Made by a program: the position numbers and the translations under genes. Below, in pieces: positions 16,890 to 24,000 of a stretch of 24,000 nucleotides of DNA. Location of the stretch: the NCBI GenBank assembly GCA_030603805.1, contig JAUVXD010000001.1, positions 105,518 through 129,517 on the forward strand, given 5' to 3'. The notes beneath the pieces are model-generated. The model was not told the origin of the DNA, did no database searches, and was given only the letters and a program-made list of their open reading frames with translations. Positions within the stretch are counted from its first letter, which is position 1. Each line of letters starts with the position of its first letter. The DNA is from Acholeplasmataceae bacterium (GTDB taxonomy: Bacteria > Bacillota_I > Bacilli_A > Acholeplasmatales > Acholeplasmataceae).

Positions 16890-18347
16890 TTAATAGTAAA
16901 CCGAGATTCTAACGAATTTTCCATGATGAATCATTAAAGAAAGTAAGAGTTCTCGAATTTTTGATTCAATCATGTAATCGACGTTGATACAAGGCATATC
17001 CACGCGAACGGTTAAGTAGTCATCATCTGATAAATCTGTAAGTCTTGTAATTGGATAATCTTCCATAAATCCTTCTAGTTCTTCTTCAAGTTCAAAATAG
17101 ACAATCAAACTGATAATGATCTTTGTTTTGATTTCTAACTCTTTTAAAAGTTGTGCTAAATTTTGAGCTCGAGCAATGATATAGTCTGGACGATGAAAGA
17201 ACTCTCGTTCATAAATTTCTTTATTGGGATCATCTCCGATGACCATCGGAATTTCAGTTTTAAACTTTGTTTCTAAATAGGTTTTAAACTTAAAGCCACG
17301 TTTCTCATTTCTAAAATGAAAATCTGCATAAAGCGTTACATGACCTTCTTTATAAGCGTATGCAGTAATAATAAACTTAAAATAATTTGCATAGACCAAA
17401 ATGTCATGAAACTGTTTTTGAAATTCATCAAGTTTTGTTTTAATCTTAAACTGCCCGCATTTCGTGAAGGTTTCATTATAGACTAAAGGTTCAAACAATG
17501 CATTAGCAAATACTTCTGTTTGATGGTCGACATCATAATAGTGATACTGATCATAAGCAACTCTTTGATAGAATTTGTAGAGTTCTACAGCACCAACGAC
17601 AAGACCAATGATAATCATCGAACCTGCTAAACTATATTTTAAAGGATCTGGGAATGATGAAATAAAGATTAAGAAAATAACTGGTAAGAAAAGTGAAATC
17701 ACGAATGTTCTAAAGGTGGAAGTAAATCCTTTTTTGAAAAGAAAGAAGGCAAGAATAAAGATCACAATCACATTATAGAAAACAAAGAAGTTAAACCAGT
17801 TAAAATCATCTAAGGTATTGGCAATGTTATTAATACCAAGAATAAACAAAAAGATACCTAATGTAGAAAGTCCAAGGGTTGTAAATTGTCTAGTATGCAA
17901 ATACCATTTTTTGGTATAAAGTTTTCTAGCTTGAGGTAGATGATAAAAATTTTTCATCTCTTTTTGATAAGAGAAAAATGGCCAATAAGAGCCTCTAATG
18001 CTAATTCGAATCGGTAAAACATCTTCATCATTCATCTTTTCAGTCAAAAACTGCTCAAAACTAGATAATGGATTTAAGACAAAGAGCAACGTACCTACAA
18101 TAATAAAGGGTAAATGATAATGTTCTTCAAGTAAAAACAAGAAGATAAAGGTCACAGCCCCATAGATAAAGGCAATAATGAGTTTTGGGACACCACCAAA
18201 GACATAAAAGCCGACATAAACAAGTGTTAAAATGGCAGCAATCATAAAAATACCCTGACCCCTTAATTCAAAGAGAATCAGTGCGATTGGTAGTAGGATA
18301 AAGATGAGAATGGTGAGTGATCCTGCAATTGCAATACGTCGTTTCAT
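16890..18347 (-). CDS. Hypothetical polytopic membrane protein (~9-10 TM helices) with a ~200-aa C-terminal soluble domain
   Basis: The track ORF starts at 18482 and overlaps the rplT 3' end and its terminator. I moved the start to ATG 18347 (MKRRIAIAGSLTILIF), which has GGGGG 7 nt upstream and TGTATAAT just after the rplT terminator. No family recognised. Confidence 0.6.
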   Translation of the reverse strand: MKRRIAIAGSLTILIFILLPIALILFELRGQGIFMIAAILTLVYVGFYVFGGVPKLIIAFIYGAVTFIFLFLLEEHYHLPFIIVGTLLFVLNPLSSFEQFLTEKMNDEDVLPIRISIRGSYWPFFSYQKEMKNFYHLPQARKLYTKKWYLHTRQFTTLGLSTLGIFLFILGINNIANTLDDFNWFNFFVFYNVIVIFILAFFLFKKGFTSTFRTFVISLFLPVIFLIFISSFPDPLKYSLAGSMIIIGLVVGAVELYKFYQRVAYDQYHYYDVDHQTEVFANALFEPLVYNETFTKCGQFKIKTKLDEFQKQFHDILVYANYFKFIITAYAYKEGHVTLYADFHFRNEKRGFKFKTYLETKFKTEIPMVIGDDPNKEIYEREFFHRPDYIIARAQNLAQLLKELEIKTKIIISLIVYFELEEELEGFMEDYPITRLTDLSDDDYLTVRVDMPCINVDYMIESKIRELLLSLMIHHGKFVRISVYY

Positions 18348-18375
18348 GTTCATGCCCCCATTAGATTTATTATAC

Positions 18376-18400
18376 AAAAAAAAGGCGGATTTTTCCACCT
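18376..18400 (-). terminator. Intrinsic terminator of the infC-rpmI-rplT operon
   Basis: Minus strand: AGGUGGA-aaaa-UCCGCCU (one U-G pair, valid only in the minus sense), followed by U8. Confidence 0.75.
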
Positions 18401-18414
18401 TTTTTGCATAGTCT

Positions 18415-18969
18415 TTACTTAGAAAGTGCTGCAATAAGATCAGCTTTAAGCATAGATTGAGCACCTTCGATGCCTTTTTCAACTGCTAAAGCTTTTAAAT
18501 CTTTGACAAGCATTTTGGAATAATCGACAGTTTCTTTTGCTGCAACTGGAGCAACTTCGACTTTAACTTCCTTTTTTGGAGCTGGTTTAGCAACTTCTTT
18601 CTTTGGAAGATTACCAGCAAGTGCATCTTTTGCAAGTGCGCAATAAGCAGTAAAATCTGCAGGTTGATGCACTGCTAAATCAGCAAGCATCTTTCTGTTG
18701 ACTTGAACGTTTGCAAGTGATAAACCGTGAATGAGTGTTGAATACTTCATACCGTTTAATTTAGATGCTGCGTTAATTCTTTGAATCCAAAGCTTTCTGA
18801 ATTCTCTCTTCTTTTGCTTTCTATCTCTATAAGCATATCTGAGTGAACGCATCACTTGTTCATGTGCTGTTCTATAAATGGTACTCTTCGAACCGAAGTA
18901 ACCCTTAGCTAACTTTAAAATCTTCTTACGGCGTTTTCTGGCAACCGTTCCACCTTTAACTCTTGGCAT
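18415..18969 (-). CDS. rplT: 50S ribosomal protein L20 with a ~65-aa C-terminal extension (KPAE-rich linker plus HeH/SAP, Rho_N-like motif)
   Basis: [28 protein letters not shown]...[11 protein letters not shown]...[10 protein letters not shown] is canonical L20 (about 118 aa). The ORF runs to 184 aa: [26 protein letters not shown], then [47 protein letters not shown]. Confidence 0.9.
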   Translation of the reverse strand: MPRVKGGTVARKRRKKILKLAKGYFGSKSTIYRTAHEQVMRSLRYAYRDRKQKKREFRKLWIQRINAASKLNGMKYSTLIHGLSLANVQVNRKMLADLAVHQPADFTAYCALAKDALAGNLPKKEVAKPAPKKEVKVEVAPVAAKETVDYSKMLVKDLKALAVEKGIEGAQSMLKADLIAALSK

Positions 18970-18984
18970 GTGCTGACCCTCCTA

Positions 18985-19185
18985 TTATAACAGGTTCGAA
19001 ATCAAAGATTTAATACGCTTCTTATCGGATGCGCTAACCTGTGCTTCGCCTCTTAATTGTCTGTTTTGTTTGGTTGTTTTTGATGCTGCTAAGTGACCTG
19101 TATATGCTTGGCCTCTCATGAGTTTGCCAGTACCAGTAACTTTAATTCTTTTCTTTAATCCACTGTGTGTCTTTTGTTTTGGCAT
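18985..19185 (-). CDS. rpmI: 50S ribosomal protein L35
   Basis: [24 protein letters not shown] is the L35 N-terminal signature. Start moved from 19194 to the second ATG (19185) because GGAAGG abuts the first ATG but lies 9 nt from the second. The product is 66 aa. Confidence 0.9.
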   Translation of the reverse strand: MPKQKTHSGLKKRIKVTGTGKLMRGQAYTGHLAASKTTKQNRQLRGEAQVSASDKKRIKSLISNLL

Positions 19186-19206
19186 GTGAATCATCCTTCC
19201 TTTTTC

Positions 19207-19743
19207 TTATGTGGTTTGACTTGGTGCTACAATAGCAATCATACTTCTGCCATCCATCTTAGGTCTTGCTTCTGCAGTACCTTTAGATCCAATGGCCTCA
19301 ATAAATTTTTCCATAACCGCTCTACCGACATCTTGGTGCGTGATCATACGACCGAAGAAACGAATTGAGAGTTTAACTTTGTGTCCTTTTTCAAGGAACT
19401 TGATGGTGTGCTTAAGTTTTGTTTCAAAATCGTGGGTATCAATGGTTGGGCTGAGTCTAATTTCTTTGAGTTCAACCGTATGTTGATTCTTCTTGATTTC
19501 TCTAAGCTTTCTTTGTTGATCAAAACGATATTTGGAATAATCCATCAGTTTTGCAACCATTGGCTTGGAATCAGGAGAAACCACGACAACGTCTAATTCT
19601 CTTTGCGCACCTAAAGCAAGAGCCTCTTTTTTAGATATGACTCCGACTTTTTGACCTGTTTCATCAATGAGTAGAATTTCACCATTTGGGATAAATTCAT
19701 TCACGAGGTCAGCATTTTTGTTGATGGGTTTGACTTGTTTAAT
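19207..19743 (-). CDS. infC: Translation initiation factor IF-3, ATT start codon
   Basis: INKNADLVNEFIPNGEILLIDETGQKVGVISKKEALALG...VAKLMDYSKYRFDQQRK...KEIRLSPTIDTHDFETK is canonical IF3. GGAGGTGG lies 6 nt upstream of an in-frame ATT at 19743, giving 178 aa. The track ATG at 19857 would add 38 aa across the leader and terminator. Confidence 0.85.
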   Translation of the reverse strand: MKQVKPINKNADLVNEFIPNGEILLIDETGQKVGVISKKEALALGAQRELDVVVVSPDSKPMVAKLMDYSKYRFDQQRKLREIKKNQHTVELKEIRLSPTIDTHDFETKLKHTIKFLEKGHKVKLSIRFFGRMITHQDVGRAVMEKFIEAIGSKGTAEARPKMDGRSMIAIVAPSQTT

Positions 19744-19897
19744 AAAAGTCCACCTCCGCTTTCTTTGTATTGGAAAAGAAAAAAGTGTGTACATATGTAC
19801 CCACTTGACATGTTCAAAAAGTTTGACATGTGACTGTTTGCCTACGAATTCGTTCATCAGGCGAGAGGGTACCTCTTCTTTTCACTGCTTCAATTAC
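19744..19897 (-). promoter_or_regulatory. infC operon leader (candidate L20-responsive leader) with an intrinsic attenuator at 19774-19804
   Basis: A ~150-nt untranslated leader between the consensus promoter and the ATT start. It contains the hairpin GUGGGUACAU/AUGUACACAC followed by UUUUUUCUUUU just before the RBS, an AGAGG-uac-CCUCU hairpin, and two copies of ACAUGUCAA spaced 18 nt apart. Confidence 0.55.
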
Positions 19898-19903
19898 ATT
19901 AAG

Positions 19904-19931
19904 ATTATACCATGTTCATTAAAAATGTCAA
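19904..19931 (-). promoter_or_regulatory. infC operon promoter (TTGACA - 16 nt - TGgTATAAT)
   Basis: Perfect -35 at 19931-19926 and perfect -10 at 19909-19904 with a TG extension. The -35 begins 10 nt after the stop of the upstream permease gene. Confidence 0.7.
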
Positions 19932-19941
19932 CATAAAACAT

Positions 19942-20625
19942 TTACAAAATTGACTCATGCGCTACTTTTTTGTTAAGCAACCATAATCCTATCAAAATAT
20001 AGCATATTTTATAAGGATAAGCAAGTGTCAAGGTATGAAAAAGGGGTGATTCTATTGGAAATATGTAGAAAAGGATAGGGTTTGGATAATCTTCAAGCAT
20101 GATGGATAAAAACATATAACCTAGAGGAAGTAATAAAGATAGCGATTTATATTTATCTTTGATGCATGCTAAAACTAGGCACATCATGATACTTGCATCT
20201 AAATAAAGACTTAAGAAATAGAGATGAGCATTTAAATCTAAGGTGTAGTAGGTTGATCCAAGCAAAAAAACAATATGATAAAGCATAAAAAAAGTAAGAT
20301 AAAAAAGGAATAAAACAAGAAGATAAAAGATCACTTTGTAAAAATTTAAATAAAATCGTCCAAAATAGGCAATTAAAACTTTATGAAAAGGATGATCATG
20401 GTCCATCACCATTAAAATGACAAAAAAAGGTAAAAAGAGCTTAAGCCATTGCCGCATCACCATCACATGATAGGTTTGATAATAAGATGGATAAAGCATC
20501 TCTTCTTCGATAGTTGCATGAGAATCGACTAAAAAAATCATTAAGATAACTAGACCTATGATACCGAGTAACATCAAGTTCCTTTTTTTAGGGGGAAATA
20601 AAGTAAGGTATAAGAGTTTTATCAT
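19942..20625 (-). CDS. Hypothetical polytopic membrane protein, presumed permease partner of the adjacent ABC ATPase
   Basis: Very hydrophobic and Phe/Tyr/Leu-rich, with about 6 TM segments. The ATG overlaps the ATPase stop (ATGA). No recognisable family motif. An internal ATG (M18) is an alternative start. Confidence 0.6.
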   Translation of the reverse strand: MIKLLYLTLFPPKKRNLMLLGIIGLVILMIFLVDSHATIEEEMLYPSYYQTYHVMVMRQWLKLFLPFFVILMVMDHDHPFHKVLIAYFGRFYLNFYKVIFYLLVLFLFYLTFFMLYHIVFLLGSTYYTLDLNAHLYFLSLYLDASIMMCLVLACIKDKYKSLSLLLPLGYMFLSIMLEDYPNPILFYIFPIESPLFHTLTLAYPYKICYILIGLWLLNKKVAHESIL

Positions 20626-21176
20626 AATTCTAAATGTTTGGATGCTAGTTCTTTAAAAAGCTCAGGTTGATGTGTAGAAATCATAAAACTCATACCTTCA
20701 TCCTTTTTCTTTTCGATGTACTTCTTTAAGATTACGGTACTTTCATGATCCAGACCAGATAAAGGCTCATCTAAAATGATTAAATCAGGATTTCCAACAA
20801 AGGTTGATACAATCGCCAGTTTTTGTTGATTGCCCTTAGAAAGTTCATGAATACTTTTAAATATAGGTAAATTAAACGCATGAATGAGTTCTAAATCAAG
20901 CCTTGTTTTTTTTAGTTTTGCTAAGGTCTCTAAATAGACATAAACCTTAATAAATAAGGGAAGCATCGCCTTTTCAGGCAAATAGCCAATCTTTAAGTTT
21001 TTGCCTTTAACAAAGCCCTTGTCAGGCGAAATAAAGCCTAAAATGAGTTGAATGAGTGTGGTCTTCCCATGACCATTTTCGCCACTGACTAGAATAAAAT
21101 CCTTGGGATGAATTTCTAAACAAAAGGTACGATTTAAGTAGTTTTTCCCAGCTTCTTCAAGTTTAATTAAGTGCAT
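20622..21176 (-). CDS. ABC transporter ATP-binding protein (compact, 184 aa)
   Basis: Walker A GENGHGKTT, signature LSKGNQQKL, Walker B LIILDEP, D-loop SGLD and H-loop STHQ. There is no SD near the ATG. The start lies 14 nt inside the upstream gene, so translational coupling is likely. Confidence 0.85.
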   Translation of the reverse strand: MHLIKLEEAGKNYLNRTFCLEIHPKDFILVSGENGHGKTTLIQLILGFISPDKGFVKGKNLKIGYLPEKAMLPLFIKVYVYLETLAKLKKTRLDLELIHAFNLPIFKSIHELSKGNQQKLAIVSTFVGNPDLIILDEPLSGLDHESTVILKKYIEKKKDEGMSFMISTHQPELFKELASKHLEL

Positions 21177-21942
21177 AGTGGTTAATCAGCATGCCGCTCT
21201 CCTTTAGAATCTGGTAATCTTGTAAATATTTAAAGTTTAGAATCACTTGTCTATTTCCATCCACATAATGAATGACAACAGGTAATTGGTATAAAAGATA
21301 AGGTGCTTCTTTAATGGTAATGATCAGTTTTTCTTCTTTCATTTCATAACTTGACTCAATGTAAGGACCTAAATGGATATAGTCAATTGCTTGAGATAAT
21401 GTATCAAAAGCAATATGAATTTGACTTAATCGTGATAGAAATTGATTCTCTTTCTTTAAACCATTAAGCGCTGTCCAAAAAAGGATTTCAGTGTGAGGTG
21501 CAACGGTTTCTAAAACAAAACTACCCACTTTAAGTATATAGGTTTCATCGTTTTGAAGCGTGATGGATAGATATGCATCTTCAATTTCAAAATAACCTTC
21601 TAAATAAGGCATTTTGAATTTGAGATAATAAGCTTGATAAGTTTCTTTTAAATAAGATTCTTGATGACCAGAATCGATTTTTCTTAAATCAAGTTCAAGT
21701 TTTTTGGTATGTGTAGCATCTGAGATATAAACATGTGCATAACTATCCAAACGAGTTAATGGATGATTTTTTAAATTGATGAAAACCATAAATTCAATGA
21801 GATCATCTTCATTTCGAACATAAAAATGCTGAGTTGAAACAGTTAATAACTTGCCCGAAGGCTTCGTTTCTTGGTTAACTAAGATGAGGGTGGTAAAAAG
21901 TGCAAGAATGATTAAAAATAGGTATGAAATCAAAGGCTTCAT
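21163..21942 (-). CDS. Hypothetical membrane-anchored extracytoplasmic protein (N-terminal TM/signal anchor, beta-rich ectodomain)
   Basis: MKPLISYLFLIILALFTTLILV anchor followed by about 235 aa of alternating beta-like sequence. The ATG overlaps the upstream stop (ATGA). No family recognised. Confidence 0.6.
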   Translation of the reverse strand: MKPLISYLFLIILALFTTLILVNQETKPSGKLLTVSTQHFYVRNEDDLIEFMVFINLKNHPLTRLDSYAHVYISDATHTKKLELDLRKIDSGHQESYLKETYQAYYLKFKMPYLEGYFEIEDAYLSITLQNDETYILKVGSFVLETVAPHTEILFWTALNGLKKENQFLSRLSQIHIAFDTLSQAIDYIHLGPYIESSYEMKEEKLIITIKEAPYLLYQLPVVIHYVDGNRQVILNFKYLQDYQILKESGMLINHYALN

Positions 21943-22565
21943 ATCCGCTTTTTCTCCAATCTTTGATATTGTGTAGTCACTAAAAAGACTTCATAACCCC
22001 CACGATCTGCACGAATCCAAAACACATATCTCGCTGCAACCCCATTTGAAATTTTACCTTCACCATAGACATAAAGATCGACTTGAGTACCTGGATCGAC
22101 CTTCAGTGAAATATCAAAAGACTCCTTATCTTCCTTAGATAAGGTGTAATCAACAGATAGTTTTAAAGAACCATCTAAATTGTTTTTAAATCCTTTGCCA
22201 TCGGTGGCATTTTTAATACCAATCGACCCAGTCGCTGAAACACCAAGTTTCGAGTTTACTTTTCGATCAAGTTTATACTTATAATCAATGGCAGTATAAC
22301 CGTTGTTATAGTATGAAAAAAGTGTTTCAGAGACATAAGTGACCTTGATGTTTTTATGGACTTGATGGACTTGCCATCCCATAAATTTCCTCTTATCTAC
22401 TTCTTGATAATAACTTTGATAATCCTCTTTTGAAAAATCTTGTAATAATTTACCCTTAGGCACTTCAATTGATTCAAAGGTTTGATAAGCAGTTTCAGCA
22501 TGAACCTCTTTTTGAATCGTATAGGACATCATCAGGCATAAAATAAAAAATATGATTTTTTTCAT
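21939..22565 (-). CDS. Hypothetical secreted protein (signal peptide, beta-rich, 208 aa)
   Basis: Signal peptide MKKIIFFILCLMMSYTIQKEVHA|ET with an AxA-like VHA cleavage site. Strong RBS AGGAGG 8 nt upstream. First gene of the 4-gene cassette. Confidence 0.65.
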   Translation of the reverse strand: MKKIIFFILCLMMSYTIQKEVHAETAYQTFESIEVPKGKLLQDFSKEDYQSYYQEVDKRKFMGWQVHQVHKNIKVTYVSETLFSYYNNGYTAIDYKYKLDRKVNSKLGVSATGSIGIKNATDGKGFKNNLDGSLKLSVDYTLSKEDKESFDISLKVDPGTQVDLYVYGEGKISNGVAARYVFWIRADRGGYEVFLVTTQYQRLEKKRI

Positions 22566-22616
22566 GGTTTTTTCCTCCTGCCTTATGATAGAGAAAAAAA
22601 ACCATGATTACTTTTT

Positions 22617-22643
22617 AAAAAAAATAACCAGCGGTTGCTGATT
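22617..22643 (-). terminator. Intrinsic terminator after the Xaa-Pro aminopeptidase gene
   Basis: Minus strand: AAUCAGC-aacc-GCUGGUU (one U-G pair, minus sense only), followed by A then U8. It overlaps the TAA stop. Confidence 0.7.
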
Positions 22644-23895
22644 ATTTCTGAGCCATGAAGGCTTCAATATCTTTAACTTCTTTAATAATATCTTTGGATA
22701 GGTTGATCGCACCTTGTGATGTGACAACAACATCATCTTCAATTCGAATACCAATACCCTCTTCAGCGATGTATAATCCGGGTTCAACTGTAATCAGTGC
22801 GCCTTCTGGAATCGGTAGACTATAATTGCCACCATCATGAACATCAAGTCCAAGATAATGCCCTAAAGAATGATAATAATACTTTTGAATCTCACTATCC
22901 TCTTGGATTAATCCAAGTTTTTTAGCACCATCAATTAAAATTTGCTTGCCATAATCATTAAACTCTTTCATGGTGACGCCAGGTTTTAACCACTCAATCG
23001 TTTTTTTATTCGCTTCTAAGACAACTTCATAAATCGCCTTTTGGCGAGCTGTAAACTTGCCATTTGCAGGAAAAGTTCTGGTGATATCTGAACAATAATG
23101 ATCTAAATCAACACCTAAGTCAAATAAAACGAGTTGTCCATCTTCAATCCTTGAATCATTTTGGACATAGTGCAAAATGGTTGCATTTTTGCCTGATGCT
23201 GCAATGGTATCAAATGAGGTGACAGTTCTATGTTGGTTTAAGACATAATTGAACTCTGCCTGAATTTGATATTCATATGCGCCAGGCTTCAGTGTTTTCA
23301 TGATGCGCTCAAGACCAGTTTTTGTGATGTCAATGGCCTTTTTAGTTTGCTCAATCTCAAGACTATCTTTAATAGTTCTGAGTTCTGCTAAAAGCATTTG
23401 GCTCGTTTTAAAGTTTAAACTAGGGAAAAGTTCTTTTAAATGCTTTGCATATAAAATCCCTTGAGTATCTAGACTGATAGCTGATTGACGTTCTAAATCG
23501 AGATAAACTGTATCGATTTGCCCATAGAGAGCACGTCTTGATGTGGATAGTAATTGGCTGATGAAGGTATCTAAAGATAAGATATCTTTAATATTTTCTA
23601 AAGGAATCTCTGAAACTTTTGCTGCTTCTTCAAATGATAAGCCTGCACCATCCCATAATGCTTTAATGGGGTCAACGGTTTCAATAAAGAGGTATGCATC
23701 TGCTCTGTCTTTACCCTTTGCAAGCACTAAAACAACATCTTCTTGGTCAATGCCTGTGAGGTAAAAGAAGTTTCTATTGACAGAAAATGGATATTTTTGG
23801 TCACCTGATTTTTGAGGTGCCTTTCCAGAGAAAAAGAAAGATAAAGCAGGCGTATCCAGTTGATTCAAATGGTTTTGTCTTCTCAAATTAAACAT
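22642..23895 (-). CDS. pepP: Xaa-Pro aminopeptidase (M24B, with AMP_N-type N-terminal domain)
   Basis: N-terminal YPFSVNRNFFYLTGI, then the pita-bread metal-site context DLGVDLDHYCSDITRTF, HSLGHYLGLDVHD, ITVEPGLYI and GIRIEDDVVVT. RBS AGGAGGAA. Confidence 0.85.
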   Translation of the reverse strand: MFNLRRQNHLNQLDTPALSFFFSGKAPQKSGDQKYPFSVNRNFFYLTGIDQEDVVLVLAKGKDRADAYLFIETVDPIKALWDGAGLSFEEAAKVSEIPLENIKDILSLDTFISQLLSTSRRALYGQIDTVYLDLERQSAISLDTQGILYAKHLKELFPSLNFKTSQMLLAELRTIKDSLEIEQTKKAIDITKTGLERIMKTLKPGAYEYQIQAEFNYVLNQHRTVTSFDTIAASGKNATILHYVQNDSRIEDGQLVLFDLGVDLDHYCSDITRTFPANGKFTARQKAIYEVVLEANKKTIEWLKPGVTMKEFNDYGKQILIDGAKKLGLIQEDSEIQKYYYHSLGHYLGLDVHDGGNYSLPIPEGALITVEPGLYIAEEGIGIRIEDDVVVTSQGAINLSKDIIKEVKDIEAFMAQK

Positions 23896-23906
23896 TATTA
23901 TTCCTC

Positions 23907-24000
23907 CTATAAGGATTCAATTTCTAAAGCAATCTGTGATGATATTTGATCAATGACACGAATAGCTTCTTCCATTGTGTTTTGTTTAGTCCCAAAATAA
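23907..24000 (-). CDS. C-terminal fragment of an unidentified protein (gene runs off the right edge)
   Basis: Minus-strand frame open from the window edge to TAG at 23909-23907 (...YFGTKQNTMEEAIRVIDQISSQIALEIESL*). The stop overlaps the pepP RBS (TAGGAGGAA). Too short to identify. Confidence 0.4.
   Translation of the reverse strand, partial: YFGTKQNTMEEAIRVIDQISSQIALEIESL

Noticed and set aside
18348-18482. N-terminal 45 aa of the 530-aa track ORF.
   Set aside because: This stretch overlaps the rplT 3' end and the operon terminator. A proper RBS and -10 precede the internal ATG at 18347.
19805-19831. The two plus-strand TTGACATGT repeats as antisense promoters or a mini repeat array.
   Set aside because: No -10 element lies at a suitable distance on the plus strand. 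There are only two copies, both inside the infC leader, so they are better explained as leader RNA structure elements.
19744-19857. ATG at 19857 as the infC start (216-aa ORF in the track).
   Set aside because: The extra 38 aa (MNEFVGKQSHVKLFEHV...) are unlike IF3 and would span the leader terminator hairpin. A strong GGAGGTGG RBS sits in front of the in-frame ATT at 19743.
21939-22565. Cys10 in the signal peptide of the 208-aa protein as a lipobox cysteine.
   Set aside because: The residues before it (F-I-L) do not fit a lipobox, because the -1 position must be Gly, Ala or Ser. A signal peptidase I site (VHA|E) follows the hydrophobic core.
261-23764. Short antisense or embedded track ORFs: 261-452, 2506-2706, 2902-3120, 5281-5541, 6043-6285, 6259-6465, 10820-11047, 12017-12199, 13068-13265, 13776-13982, 14325-14516, 14561-14755, 19165-19368, 19292-19486, 19381-19596, 19667-19936 and 23543-23764.
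   Set aside because: Each lies wholly within, or opposite, a gene with strong motif support. None has a convincing RBS or recognisable domain. Such ORFs are expected by chance in AT-rich DNA.
1-24000. Scan for CRISPR arrays, tRNA/rRNA genes, transposases, integrases, phage genes or toxin-antitoxin pairs.
   Set aside because: I found no spaced direct-repeat arrays, no cloverleaf-capable intergenic segments, and no recombinase or transposase motifs in any ORF. The window reads as core chromosome.

Overview
AT-rich segment (about one-third G+C by eye) using the standard genetic code: TGA serves as a stop for several genes and Trp is TGG. It looks like a low-GC Firmicutes, Acholeplasma-like or Erysipelotrichia-like chromosome. 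All calls come from reading the sequence and ORF track by eye, with no database searches. Most content is housekeeping and lies on the minus strand. Right to left: a partial CDS, Xaa-Pro aminopeptidase, an uncharacterised 4-gene secreted-protein/ABC cassette, the infC-rpmI-rplT operon with leader, a large polytopic membrane protein, an ORF-free gap holding a structured small RNA, an M42 aminopeptidase, a CadC-like regulator-copA-copZ-rsmD operon, yneF-like, an Fpg/Nei-like gene with a partner gene, then parE-parC, a uridine-kinase-family gene and a partial CDS. The plus strand carries plsY (divergent from parE), a membrane-protein/lipoprotein pair and one further membrane protein. Several track ORFs needed start refinement: parE GTG at 6418, infC ATT at 19743, rpmI, the kinase-like gene and the post-rplT membrane protein. 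Start/stop overlaps (TAATG or ATGA) are frequent. I found no CRISPR array, tRNA, rRNA, transposase or integrase. The items most worth a second look are: (1) a roughly 150-nt standalone RNA at 16626-16776 with its own promoter and terminator and a 6S-like fold; (2) the tightly coupled cassette at 19942-22565; (3) ribosomal protein L20 carrying a C-terminal HeH/SAP (Rho_N-like) domain; (4) an Fpg/Nei homologue lacking the catalytic N-terminal proline; (5) a CadC-type thiolate sensor placed in front of a Cu(I)-type P1B ATPase.
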